Assembly (NCBI RefSeq): GCF_006345805.1
Contig: NC_042997.1
Coordinates: forward strand, 183,582,001-183,646,000
Source of the DNA: Octopus sinensis
Lineage: Eukaryota
Direction of reading: 5' to 3'
DNA length: 64,000 bases
In this document: positions 34,771 through 48,164 of the stretch, one piece after another
Position numbering within the stretch: the stretch's first letter is position 1
Layout: each line of letters starts with the position of its first letter
Program-made: the position numbers and the translations under genes
Notes under the pieces: generated by a model
Told to the model about the DNA's origin: nothing
Databases searched by the model: none
What the model saw: only the letters and a program-made list of their open reading frames with translations

Positions 34771-37740
34771 TCTTTGAAGACCGATGGATAAAATTCCACC
34801 ATCTGAAACTGAACAGATCTACCCCCGTGCTTGCCGTTGACACTGTTGAACCATAAAATGACTTTATTAGTACCACGACACGGAAAAGTTAGAAGCTTTT
34901 CTAATACTATTATTAAATTTCCTAATACTTACTAACTATACCAATCTCCGACCTAGTGATGTTTATCGGATTACATGTACGGTTAGAAGCAAAGTAAACT
35001 TTGTGGTCCTTAATAGTGATAAAAGCTTTGCATTTAACTAGTATCTCGGCTGCTTCTGTCTAACTTTATAGCAAAATCTTCGGTTTCACCGTTCATATTA
35101 CAATAAGTTTCCGTGTCTGCCCTCATATTTTTTTCTGTGAGGTGTTATGTCATTTTTATGTCTGCTCAAACTATTGCCTACCTCTTATAAATTCTGTATC
35201 TTGTCAGAGAACGGTAAGGCTTTATTTCAACATTCTAAATTGCTTCTTTATTTTTTAATTCTAATCTTATTCTAAAAGAGTTACAGGACTTACGGAATCT
35301 TAGATCCGGTATCAGGTCTAGGGGATCCAATTCAAAAATTCAAAGCTATCCAGGTCCTTGAGTCTAAGCAGTAACTTTCGGGTGTTAAAACAAAGATGTC
35401 CTGCGGACTTGTAGAAAAATGTCTCCCTTCATATCTATCTCGCGGAGCTTATTATTTTCCCTAACAGTCTTTCAGTCAATTGTTGGTTGAATTGTATTGT
35501 TACATACTCGATCGATTAGTCCAAGTCATAAAAATCCATAATTGATATGAATTTTACAATCATTTTTACAGTGAAGAGCGCTCTACTTTGTATTGAGTAT
35601 CTGTATAATACAAGCAGGGGAAGAGGTCTCTCTTTATGCAGTATATGCAGTGAGGGTATATATAACTCTACACCCATTTATCCATTAAATATTTCAGTCA
35701 TCCTTTCATTCATTCATTCCTTCTTCCTTCTTAAATCCCTCTCCCCCTCTCTCTCGCGTCCTCTCTTCTCCTCTGTTTCTTCCTCTCCTTTCCATCACTA
35801 TACACCTACACGTATAATTTTTTTATCCCTGTGCCCTTTCTGTTTTCTGAATTTGATTTCCTGACGTGGGAAATAATCCTCCAATTCTCGACCATTAGTT
35901 ACAATTCCAATGATATTAATAAAGACAAATTTTTCTTTTATAAAAAAAATATGCTTTTATTTTCCTGAAAGGTTTTGCGCGAAGGATTTTCGTAGCAGTC
36001 AGTTTCTGCTGCGTTGAACACAAACCCATAACGTGCATGTCTGATGAGCATCGTGTGTTAGTATGATCATCATTAAACTATATGTGCTTGCGTGTGTATG
36101 TGCGTGCATGCGTTTGTGTGTTTCAGAGTTGATTTGGCTCCATATCCTCACCATAATCTGATGCATATAATGTCTGAAGCGGCCCCATTTCCTCTTGCGT
36201 AGGTCCTCTTGAGGGATCGCTCGAGTATTTGTACAATAATTTGGCGTACATATCACCTCGTGTACTAACCTTTCTAAATCCCAACTTCCGAAACATTGTC
36301 TTTAATAAAGAAGCATTATCTTTTCTAAGTCGCCCTTCTCTAGTCCTCAAAATTCATTTGGTGTTTTTATTGCTCCCCATTGAGCAACAGAAAATCTCTT
36401 TAATCAAAACCCACTATTCCAAAGCACTCTAGGTTGTTTATCCCAAACTGTACTGCTGCAATACGAGCAAAGAATCCTTCTTGCAATTCTTAGATTAACT
36501 AACCTGCCAGTGACACCTAGTTGTCCTTTACTTACCAATACAATGCTATCAAAATAACTATTAGAAGGGTTCTCCAGTCTCCAAAATTACAAGAATATTT
36601 CTAATCCCTTGTCAAGAGGGTTTCTACAAACTTCGCAGAACATGTCGCTTCAGTCAGCACCTTACTCATTAAAAAAAAACCTTCATATTTGCGGTTCGCT
36701 CCGCCTCCTGCGTCATAAAACTTTTCTCAAACTCACCTCTTTCATGTCTCCAATCTCACTACCAACTACATGCAAACGCCATAAGCGGAAACTCCTCGAT
36801 CACTCCCGCTCAAAATGGTAACTGTTTCCAACGTCATCTCTTCCAACAATCTTGACCAGTGAGCTCTGTAGGCAATACCCATCCTTACAAGACACTGTAA
36901 TCTTTCTTTTCCCATCTAATCTTTGCACACTTTGGAATCAAGTGAGTGCCAACTTACAACAAGGCAAAGTCTCCGACTTTTTAAAACTAGCCATCTCTCA
37001 CACTCCCTTCCAACATCGCAAAGGTAATGAGAACAGTTGTCAGTAATCACAGTCTTCATCTTGTAGAGTCTCTCCGTACCTAGTGATCACCTGCATGGCT
37101 TCCGCTGCACAAGATCTATTGCAGACGTACACTCCAATATCACTTCCCTTGAAGAACCTTGGCCTTCAACCATGTCTGGCAGGAAAATCTCCCAGGACAG
37201 TTACCCGTCAATTGTTTACATCTATCTCTCACTGGATCGAGATTTTCCTATCAGATTACAGCAGTGCAGTGTACCGACAGAACTCTCTCTGATTAAAATT
37301 CTGTTAATTCATAAGGATTTATGCACTCTATATATTAACGACCATTTTGTTGTAAATTCTAACGGCATACATTCTAATGCTGGCGTTGCTATGCTTCGCT
37401 CATCTTTTACCGTTACACTTGTGCGTGTATGACGCCTATACACAGACGTCACGCTCATGTAGCCTAACTACTTCATGTCATACCACTCTTATTCTGTGAA
37501 TAGAGACCTTGTGAGAATCTTTTCAACAGTATACAGACTCAGTAACTTCACATATGAAGGAAAAGTCTCCAATCATAAATAACACAATTAAAATTCTCAA
37601 AACCCCTTCAAATGATTGGCATCACAATTACTGAGGATCGCCAATGGCGCCCTCACGCACACAACTTGAATAAGATTGCATCATAATGAGTAGAGTTCAT
37701 CGTTAAAGCCAAGAAATACTTCATAACCGATCATATACTA

Positions 37741-38274
37741 TTGGGTTGTCCGGAAAGTTCATGCCGATTTTTAAAGGAAAGAAAACGGTAAATAAATACT
37801 TGCCATTGCATTTTTAAACAACCAAATATGAACCATTTTGTTGCACAGAATTGTTCCCAGAATTGAGGTGGTTTCATGGCAAATAATTCATCATGGTATC
37901 TTTTTACGTCATCCAAGGAATTAAAATTTTTACCATTAAGACTATTCTGCAGAGACCTGGATAAGTGGAAATCCGAAGGAGCAATATCTGGTGAATATGG
38001 AGGGTGAGGTAACACACCCTAGCCGAGCTGCAGCAATTTTTGTCTGGTTCCCAAAGCATCAAGTGCCAAAAATGAACTTTCTTATCTTCCATTTTAAAGG
38101 GTTACAGAATTAATACAGATTATAGGAACATAAAACTTCTTCCACGAAAAGATAGCTTAAACTGTGCTCTAAATGGAGGTGTAGTCAAATCCTATTTTAT
38201 GGACTCAACCATGTTCTAAGATAAGTCGAAAGGTAGGCTCCTATAAATCGGCACGAACTTTCCGGACAACCCAA
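37741..38274 (-). mobile_element. Internally deleted mariner (cecropia/mellifera-like)
   Basis: TIRs TTGGGTTGTCCGGAAAGTTC(A/G)TGCCGATTT with TA TSDs. The N-terminus MEDKKVHFWHLMLWE is fused directly to the C-terminal LPHPPYSPDIAPSDFHLSRSLQNSL. Confidence 0.92.
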
Positions 38275-39118
38275 TACATACGCTAATATCTTAGACAGAG
38301 GCCAACAGAAGACCAATCAATTGATTGACAAAGATTCAGCTACCAACAGGCCTTTAGTTCATAATAAGTGCTGTCTCCTCTATGTACCTACCGTTCCTTG
38401 AATTTCTTTGGAACTAGCAAGTCGCCTTTATGTTCTTTTCGTTCTAGTAATCCTGACTAACACAACACACTATCTAGTGCAGTCATGGACAAACCGCGGA
38501 TCGTGGGACTTTCTGAATGGCGCGCCAACGGAAAATTATCTCGAATTTTTTAGTAGTGCGACCCACTTGATGATAAATCTCATGTGGCCCACTTCTCGGA
38601 AAGGCGTTGTCTACGCCTACTCTAGTGTGTGGTGCTTTTCAGTAGACAACATACTTACACTGTTAATGTCTAAGAAAAGTTTATATAATGTCAATTTAAA
38701 CCTTATAATAGATCTCTATACCCTTCGCATTTATAATATATCCCTTATTTTATCGATTCTAGATGAGTGAATGACAAAGTCGAATTTATCAATTGTTTTC
38801 TTTCTTTTTTTATTGTTTTGTTTTCGTACTTTATGTGCCACATTTACCTGCACCTGAAATAAGGCAGGTGCCAATTGTTAAGTTCTCGAAGCCTGTACAA
38901 ACAATAATAGCTGTTTCTACTATTAGACGGTTCACTTATGTCATTTCGTTATGTACTTTACCAGAAATAAGTTGATACACTATTTGACATCTTGTATTCT
39001 GTCATGACAAAACAAAACAGTTATTATTTTTTTTACTTGGGGCTAAATTCTAGATTAATGAATTCCTAACTGGCACTTTTTCAAGCAATTTATAAGTTGT
39101 GTTAGGTTTAAGCGTATT

Positions 39119-39202
<84 letters not shown>

Positions 39203-39493
39203 AACTGACAAAGCAGTTAGTGAAGAAAATGTAGTTTATAAACATGTGCGTGCATACGTATCTCTCTTCAAACATACATACATACATACATGCATGCAAA
39301 GCGTACATACAACGTAAGTACATACATACACTTATGCATGCGCACACATGCACATATATATGCACACACATATGCATAGACTACGCACATTTCATGTCGA
39401 TGGACGAACATACAAAGCTGCACCTCTATTTTTGTGTGAGGTAAAAGAGAGTGAAAGAAAGAGAGAGAATGGGGAAGAGGGGAAGGATAAAGG

Positions 39494-39545
<52 letters not shown>

Positions 39546-39970
39546 AGTGTGAGGGGTAGGGGGGAGAGGGAGGAGAGAGAGAGAGATAGAAACAAAATAA
39601 AGTGGGTTGTTGATTTAAGAAACAAATGTATTAAGTTGCTTGATTCATGAAATAAAGTAAAGAAAACACACACAAGACGGGTAGATTTATTTTACTAATA
39701 TTAAACAGCAGGAAAAAAATAGGGGTGGGGGTAAATGCATGAAAAAAATGTTCCTGAAAACTAATTTGAAACGAAGCCAAGATGCTGTGTTAGACTGTTC
39801 TTGTGAAGTAGTGGATTCTATTTTTTTATTATTTTCCCTTTTTAATCATTTAGGTAACATAAGATAATCAGTTTAACATGATTGGCGAAAGATAGAGTTG
39901 GTGATAAAAATAAATACAAAACATGACACATCCAGAATTTGTGTGTATATTATAAAAGTTTAGTTTTGTA

Positions 39971-40363
39971 AAAGGTAGCGAGCTGGCAGAAACGTTACGT
40001 TCCGAGTTCAAATTCCGCCGAGGTCGACTTTGCCTTTCATCCTTTCGGGGTCGATAAATTAAGTACCAGTAACGGAATAAATACAAAACATGACACGTTC
40101 AGAATTCGTGTGTATATTATAAAAGTTTAGTTTTGTAAAAAGGCGGCGAGCTGGCAGAAACGTTAGCACGCCGGGCGAAATGCGTAGCCGTATTTCGTCG
40201 GTCGTTACGTTCCGAGTTCAAATTCCGCCGAGGTCGACTTTGTCTTTCATCCTTTCGGGGTCGATAAATTAAGTACCAGTTACGCACTGGGGTCGATGTA
40301 ATCGACTTAATCCCTTTGTCTGTCCCTGTTTATCCCCTCTGTGTGTAGCCCCTTATGGGTAGT
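39971..40363 (+). mobile_element. SINE family A with local tandem duplication of flank plus head
   Basis: A ~167-bp unit is repeated (39909-40075 and from 40076). TSD-like AGTTTAGTTTTGTAA recurs at 40361. Confidence 0.85.
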
Positions 40364-40533
40364 TTAGTTTTGTAAGTGTAATTGCTAAACGAAATACACA
40401 CAAACAAATTCTCCGATGTTTTATATTCTGCAGTGAAGGTATCTATGGCCTGTTCTATGGCTTGTTCACTGTAGCATTTAGGATTATTGACAGCAATTAC
40501 ATTGGTATTTCTTTCTTTTTTCTTCTTCATATA

Positions 40534-40851
40534 CGATAATCGTCGCCCTTTTCAAGCCAAGCCAGGCTCATGGGCCCGGTTTCCCGGTTTCTGTGGCGTA
40601 TGTGTTCCCCCCAGCTGGACAGGACGCCAGTCCATCGCAGCGTTACTCAAGAAATAGGAAAAAAGAGTGAGAGAAAGTTGTGGCGAAGGAGTACAACAGG
40701 GGTCGTCACCACCCCACCCCCCTGCCGGGGCCTCGTGGAGCTTTTAGGTGTTTTCGCTCAATAAACACACACAACGCCCGGTCTGGGAATCGAAACCACG
40801 ATCCTCCGACCGCGAGTCCACTGCCCTAACCACTGAGCCATTGCGCCTCCC
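40534..40851 (-). mobile_element. tRNA-derived SINE family D
   Basis: 14-bp TSD TTCTTCTTCATATA at 40520-40533 and 40852-40865. Confidence 0.9.
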
Positions 40852-41176
40852 TTCTTCTTCATATAGAGAAAACAATTTCATAACAGGTAATGTTCATGAA
40901 AATGGTTGTTGTTGTTGTTGCTGTTTAGCTCAGTATCAACTATGATTGTAAAAAGAAATGAATTAACAACGGCAAAGTCCGAGAACAATGGAATCTATCA
41001 TGAATAACTAAGATTTCGATTTTCGGTTACGATTTCAGTGTGCATCTCTTACACTGCTATAAAACACCCAGTGCAGCATTGTAGTTATTGAAGCCGGATT
41101 CACCAAGCATCATACATTGATTGCATTTCGAGTTCACAGAAGCAAAGAACGTCTGTTAACTATTCAAGAAAATCGA

Positions 41177-41228
<52 letters not shown>

Positions 41229-41524
41229 GGGAGAGGGTTTAATAACAAATACAAGAGTTACAGTTACTTTTCTGCAAAATTATTCCTTCATCGCATTTAC
41301 CTTTTCGATTTGAAATATTTTCACTTTTTATCTTTAAAAGCCTTCACTGTTTAATTCAATTAAATACCTACTTTAGATAATGTAAATACTTCTTGTGGCC
41401 TTGGAGATAAAGAAGCATACACACACACACGCACACACACACACACACACGCACACACACACACGCGCACACACACACACGCGCACGCACACACACACAC
41501 ACACACACACATACACACACATAT

Positions 41525-41580
<56 letters not shown>

Positions 41581-42509
41581 TTTGTAGAAAACGTAAATCT
41601 GGAGAAGAAGAAACACACTCTAAGATGTAGAGCAGTATATATTTAAAATGGGAAGGCCTGTTTACCTTAGGTTTCCCGTCCATAAAACGTTTAGCTTTAT
41701 TGGCATATCGTCAGACCCCAAAACTTGTTGGCCTATGGTCTCTTCAAAATATGGAGGGGAAAAAACCTCACTACTCAAAGTGAACAAATGGGGATTATGT
41801 CCGTTTGCTATTGGCTATCGAATTCCGGCTGTGCCGCCATCTTGTGGCCTCCAAAAGGCGAGCAGGAACCTCCTAAAATGTAACCATGGCTTGAAGATCT
41901 CTGTTCTGGAGTTGATGATGTTCCCTGGTTCGAGCGAGTCTTTTAGGATCCTCGTGCGCTCAGCTATGCATAACTGACAACGCATCGTCCCGCTGATTAG
42001 GGCCCTGGGGTCTCGAGGATCTTCGATGAGATCGAGTATGAGATGCCATCGTCTCTTAGTTGCCAGACATGGTTGGCCAGCGACGTTACGTATCTCCTTT
42101 CCAGAACTCTGAAGGAGACACGCTGCTTAAACGAGTTCCCGGAACACCCAATGTTTCTCCGTGGGCGTGTGTTGTAGGTGCTGTACCTGTTGTTGTTGTT
42201 GTTACTGTTGTCGCCGACATTGTTGTTGTTGGAACTGGGACTGCTGGTGTTGGCGTCGTTGGCGGTGGTGGTGTCAGTAATGTTATCGTTACTGCCGGTT
42301 ACAGTGAAGGTGCTGGTGTTATTGTTGTGGGGAAGTTGTCATTGCTGCTAGAGATGTCATTAGCTGTGGTTCCGCTGCTGCTGTTGCTGTTTGTTTGTTG
42401 AGCGAAGCGATCTTCGTCCCTAGTGAGAGAAGTCCGGAACGTGGTCCTTTGCTATTCGTAAGACCCGCAGAAGAGAAGCAGGTCACTCCCCCACCCCCGA
42501 CACCGAGAG

Positions 42510-42742
42510 CATCGACGGATGGATGAATGCGCATCTAGGCTCAGCGGTTGCGTAGGAAGTCGGGGAAAGAAACAAGAAGAAAGAGTGAGAGAAAGTTGGA
42601 GCGAAAGAATACAACAGGGGCCGCCACCGGAGCTTTAGGTGTTTTCGCTCAATAAACACACACAACGCCCGGGTCTGGGAATCGAAACCGCGTTCCTCCG
42701 ACCGCGAGTCCGCTGCCCTAACCATTGGGCCATTGCGCCTCC
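42510..42742 (-). mobile_element. tRNA-derived SINE family D
   Basis: Reverse match of head and body. Confidence 0.8.
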
Positions 42743-43437
42743 ACTGCTGTTGCTATTGTTGATATTGCTGTTATAACTGGTGGCACTGGACTTGTTGCTG
42801 CTGTTATAGTTGTTGTCAGGTCAGCTACTGCGGACGTCAGGGGCGTTAGGAAGCTATTGGTAAGGCTGGTGTTGATGGCGATGTTGCTGTTGATGCCGTC
42901 GGGGGAACTGCCAATGTTGTCGCTGGTGTTGTTATTGTTATTGCTGCTAATGTTGTCAACTGTGGCGATGATAGCGGTGTTGCTGGCTCTGTTCACGTGT
43001 CTACAGCTACTGCTGCTTCTGCCGGTGGTATTGCCTGGGTTCGCTAGTACTTCGGCTTGGTTTCGCCGGGAATCTGTTGCGTCCCTGCATGAACAACTTG
43101 CCTCTTCCTGTGGCTTAGGGGCTCTAACTAGGATGCTCTTAATATGGGGAGTACAGCTAAACGAGACTCTGATGTTGTGCCTGTTGAAAATGGGCCCGTA
43201 TCTATGGGAGCTAGTGAAATGCTTGTCTAATAATGTGAGGAATATTCAACCTACGGGTGCTATTGTGTTAAGGGAGAAGGCGTGCAAACCAAATGGTATT
43301 TCTGCGGCGCTTCCTTCTGCGATTGTTGGGCTCTGCACGCGCGCGCGCGCACAACTGCATCCTATTGATGAATTCTTAAATGAAAAGGTAAGTGTAATGT
43401 CCAAATTAAACAAAAATAGGTGCAGGACTGGCTATAG

Positions 43438-43790
43438 ACACAGGAGTGGCTGTGGTGGTAAGAAGCTTGCTTCCCAACCACATGGTTCCGGGTTCAGTCC
43501 CACTTCTTGGCACCTTGGCCAAGTGTCTTCTATATAGGCTCGGGCCGACCAAAGCCTAGTGAGTGGATTTGGTAGACGGAAACTGAAAGAAGCCCGTCGT
43601 ATATATATGTGTGTGTGTGTGTGCTTGTCTCCCCTTCCCCCAACCACCACTTGACAACTGATGCTGGCGTTTTTATGTCCCCGTAACTTAGCGGTTCGGC
43701 AAAAGAGACCAATAGAATAAGTGCTAGGCTTACAAAGAATAAGTCCTGGGGTCGATTTCTTCGACTAAAGGCTGAAAAGTGTAAAAGAGT
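43438..43790 (+). mobile_element. SINE family B
   Basis: Homologous copy with a 3' deletion. Confidence 0.85.
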
Positions 43791-44126
43791 AAAAAAGAGG
43801 GTATGGTGTGTTTTATTAAATATTTACTTACGATTGGAATAATAAAAAAAAAACTTTTCGTTTTTATATTTTTTATGTTGCGTTTAAGTAGTAAGATGCA
43901 AGAGAGCTTGCTGGGTGTCAATGATTTTGGTTGCCATTAGGAATGGGAACAGCTAACGTTTCTACTACGGCACTTCGGCGGAGTGCACTCAAGTAATGGC
44001 CGCAGAAGGGAATAAAGTAAAAAAAAGTCAATGCGCTATTTGGCAGAAACAGTGGACGAATGAGATGCGGGAGGATGAGATGAATGATCTATGAAGTGCG
44101 AATGAGTAAGGTCAAGAGAGAGGTAG

Positions 44127-44168
<42 letters not shown>

Positions 44169-44501
44169 GTGTGTGTGTTTGTGTGTGAGAGAGAGGGGGG
44201 ATTATCATACAAAAATAATAAATTTCAACAAAATATGCTGTCCCACATCCGTATATGTATGATAAATCGAATTTTACAATTTTGTAAGTATATTCTGGTT
44301 ATTTTCAAATTCAGTTTTCTTTTGAATTTTTCATTGAATATAATGAAATGAAAAAAAATGTTAGTCATTTGTTAATACGGTTTGAAATAAAGCCAAATTC
44401 TGTTAATAGGAATAAATCAAACGACATCAAGTATCACTTAAATGTCTGAGAGGAATTGTTCTTTATAAGATTATAATTTCTTGACTTCATCCAGAAATTC
44501 A

Positions 44502-44545
44502 ACACCTGATGACGATCAGAGATCAGATTGATCGAAACACAGTGT
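44502..44545 (+). ncRNA. Hammerhead-like motif with a degenerate cleavage triplet, just downstream of the kinase stop and antisense to it
   Basis: ACAC-CTGATGA-C-GATCA-gagatcagat-TGATC-GAAA-CACA-GTGT. Stems I and II and the core are intact; the NUH site is lost. Confidence 0.55.
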
Positions 44546-44609
44546 AGATATAATATTGTAAATATGCACTTCAAAAATTAATGTAATACTTCAGAAAATT
44601 GTAATTTTA

Positions 44610-45558
44610 TTACGATTCGAGCTGTGAGACAATGGAAGATACTCTTTTACTAACTGTTTCTATATTGGGCCTCTCGTTTGTATCTGCAACCATCAAAAAT
44701 TTAATTGTCTTAACAATAACATTCACTAGTCTATCGCTGCTGTTGACAACTGAATCTGGTAGAGTGACACCAACATTTGTCTGGTTGTGAAGAATGGTTG
44801 CTTCACTCCCTTCAAATGGTGGGTTACAAGTTAACATAAAATATAATATACTTCCAAGGCTCCAGATATCCGTGGGCAAGGGATCAAAAGGAGAATTTCG
44901 GATAACTTCTGGTGCTTGATATCGATAATCTCCCAAATAGTCATCGCTTAGAATTGGATTGCTTCTATCGACACCACAAGGGGTTGCTAATCCCCAATCA
45001 GCCAGCTTGGCGTCGAATTTTGAAGTTAACAATACATTGCTGGGAGTTATATCTCGGTGGGCAATATTTTGGGAATGACTGTAATGTACTGCAGATGTTA
45101 ATTGGCTAAAAAATTGTAAGATGTCGGATGAGGAAATATTATGGTTACTCGTTACATACTGTTCAATATTACCAAATTCAGCATACTCCATAATGATATA
45201 TAAACGGTTAGGTTTAAGGATAAATTCTTCTAGGATGATTATATTCGGGTGCTTAAACTTCGAGAGGCAGTATACCTCCGCACTGATGTATTTGTTGTCT
45301 TGGAATTCTCCTTCAAAACAGAGTCGTTTCAAAGCGTACAAGCCGTCCTTGTGTCTATTATAAGCTTTATAGATTCGTCCAAAACCACCTCGACCAATTT
45401 CTTCAAGAATCTTGTATTTTGGTCTGTGTACAATTTCATCTGTGTGCACTGAGGAGTCATCGTTAGATTCCAAAGATGAGTTGTCCAAATTGATTGTTAA
45501 ACTTACGTTTATTTCATCCATTTGGTTTATTTTCTTTTCGATGTTTTCCAATTTGACT
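44610..45558 (-). CDS. Ser/Thr protein kinase, CAMK group, TSSK-like; main exon holds the whole catalytic domain
   Basis: Uninterrupted ORF of about 313 aa with GRGGFG, YALK, alphaC Glu (SAEV), HRDITPSN, DWG, QAPE, DIWSLG and the subdomain XI Arg. ILSDDYLGDYRYQAPEVIRNSPFDPLPTDIWSLG resembles the TSSK activation segment (LSxTFCGSxAYAAPEVLQGIPYxPxxxDIWSLG). A polypyrimidine tract plus AG acceptor lies at 45570-45559; the first in-exon ATG is at 45521. Confidence 0.9.
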
Positions 45559-45916
45559 CTAAAAAAAGAAGGAGTAATAGCAGTTGAATGACATATTTTA
45601 ATACATTAACAATTTTCTTAAGATGCTATAGTTACTTTATAAACTTTACATTTATTCCAGGGAATTTGGAATTAAACTTGTACTGAACAATTCTTTTACT
45701 ATTTGCTGCATTAAATATCTTAAATTAGCAGTTTTATCATGAAAGAAACTATAATATTAGAGAAAATGTAAATGAAGTATTTTGTTTTTTAATGACGTTA
45801 ATACTTATGTACGGTTGTGCGAATAAGGTTTAAGACCGGAAGAGATAAACGGCAATCTGGATAAATAATTCAGGAGAACAATGAATAACAAATATAGAAA
45901 ATCACACGGCACTTAC

Positions 45917-45939
45917 AGTTGCATACATAGCATACGCAT
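45917..45939 (-). CDS. Candidate upstream coding exon of the kinase (MRMLCMQL...)
   Basis: ATG at 45939 and a GTAAGT donor at 45916. The phase-2 junction joins in frame to the acceptor at 45559/45558, giving MRMLCMQL-VKLENIEKK across a 358-nt GT-AG intron. Based on splice logic only. Confidence 0.35.
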
Positions 45940-47436
45940 TTTATCGTAACTAAGCATACATTGAAGACAGATGTAGAATCAACCAGATATTTTGACAGGC
46001 GATTTTGTTGAGGCACTGTTTCTAATCACTTCAATGAGAGGACCCGAGTTTTTATACGTAGACCATTGAACTAGGTGGATTTTCTATCAACATGTTATTA
46101 TATTTGAAAAAAAAAAAATGGCTGACTATACATTTTACTCAACAGCTATTCTTAACAAGATGGATACTTTCTAATAAAAAATTTGAAACAGGATAACTTC
46201 TCCGCTATCGACTATTGAATGAACATATTACTATTCATTATTTCGATCAAATCAGTGTTAGGGTGACTTACAAAACTATCCGTAAAAAGTATTGTAATAA
46301 ACCTGATGAACATTATTTTCACTGTAATTTACAAACTATAAATGACTATCAACTTGGCGGCAATATTTCTATCATTTGATTTCAAAGAATAACTATTGAT
46401 ACATTTCCTTACTATTTCATGCGTTATACTTTCAAGAAATAAGAACAACTTAATTCGAAAGAAATTTCATACTGAATGTAGATTAAAATGGGATCGATCA
46501 AAAATCATCTTTACTAATCTGACATGTTTGAAGGAATAAAGCGTAGCATGGAGAAACATTTGACAGTTCATAAGAATAAGGAGCGTTGGAAATACCCATT
46601 ATATTTGAGAACAAAACTTCAATAGATTTTTGTATGGAGACGGGGCAGATGAATATTTTTTTTTCTAAATATGATTTAAATAATCCTTTAAATGACCTTA
46701 ATTCCATTCAGAACAGCAGTAAAATAATAGATATATCTTTCCTGATATGTTTATTCAATACCAAAGTGTTATATAACATCAAATCTATAACTTCATCGCA
46801 GTAACCTCAAATCTATAATACCAAATCTGTAACTTCATTCTAAATCTCAACAATGAACAGCAATAAATTGAATGTGAATTGTTTAATTATGGCCTAATTT
46901 CTATATAATTGAGGTTAACTTTTTAAAACCGGATTGCTCTAAGGACTACCGACAAAAAAGAAGCATAACCATGACGACGATACTCAAAGACATACACTTA
47001 TCAAAACTATTCAGGGAACAAGACAGCGTTGACAGAAAAATACAGTTACATAAATTAGAAGACACTGTTAACATGTAAACTTACATTGAATCGATGATTT
47101 TTCGCCATCTATCTGAAACAAGACACACGTTTAACTAAAAAAAAAACAAAAAAAGAAAACATGGAATGAATCCATTTAGTTCAAAGCGCTGCGGGGTTTC
47201 TCGAAAAAACATTTGTAGAAGTGAATAAAAAAAGCGCGCAAAATGAAAACCTCTCGCCTTCGTAGTAAATGCTTTTCGAAAAGCGTTGTAAGAATATTCA
47301 GTTATTTTTGGTAAGAACTGATTATTCGCGAATCATCAGAAAAAACATTCGTGGATTTTAAAAAGTTTAGCATGAAAGTATGACGATGAAACAAATATTT
47401 TCTTTGGATCATAAGGACGACGCTGTGCGACTCTGA

Positions 47437-47720
47437 GTGCATGCGTGTGTGTGTGTGTATGTGCATGCGTGCGTGCGTGAGTGGGTGCGTGCGTGTGTGT
47501 GTGTGTGCGTGCGTGTGTGTGTGTGTGCGTGCGTGTGTGTGTGCGTGTTCGTCAGTTTATGTGTGTATGTGTATGTGTGTATGTGCGTGTGTGCGTGCGT
47601 GGGTGCGTGCATGCGTGTGTGTGTGCGCGTGTGTGAGTGTGTGTCTGTGTCTGTGTGCGTGCATGCGTGTGTGTGTGTGTGTGTGTGTGCGTGCGTGCAA
47701 GCGCGAGCATGTATGTACAT
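47437..47720. repeat. Degenerate (TG)n/(GCGT)n microsatellite
   Basis: Direct reading. Confidence 0.92.
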
Positions 47721-48164
47721 ATGCGTTCTCTGGGCAAGTGAATGTTAGTACGCGCGAAAAATATTTCCGAAATTTGCAGTCTTTTCTTGAGTCACGGTTG
47801 TGGAGGAAAAGAAAATCTTCTAAAAAACACATCTTCTCACTGGTAATTATATAAACACCTCACACACACACACATACACATGCATATAGCTTCAGAAAAA
47901 TCATCTGTATTTAGAATATGAATTGTAAGCTACGAGCTACGATTTAGTTTCAGGCAGTACAGTAATCCCTCCACTATCGCGGGTGCTACGTTCCAAACCC
48001 TATCATCTTATAAAAAGGAAGAACATATTGGATAATGTGGTCCTAGATACACTAAGCTTGGGATAGAAAGAATACAAGATGGTCTTGGCTGGACTGCCTT
48101 CAGCCAAAGATCAGCTCGATCACGAATAACTAAGAATATCACTACTTTTCTCTTTTTCTCATTT

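Noticed and set aside
42725-43537. 270-aa hydrophobic ORF on + resembling a membrane protein
   Set aside because: It starts in one SINE, ends in another and crosses (GTT/GCT)n low-complexity sequence; no domain motifs.
47959-48000. Tigger-like TIR start (CAGTAATCCCTC..CTATCGCGG)
   Set aside because: Only one ~40-bp end with no partner TIR found; too little to call an element.
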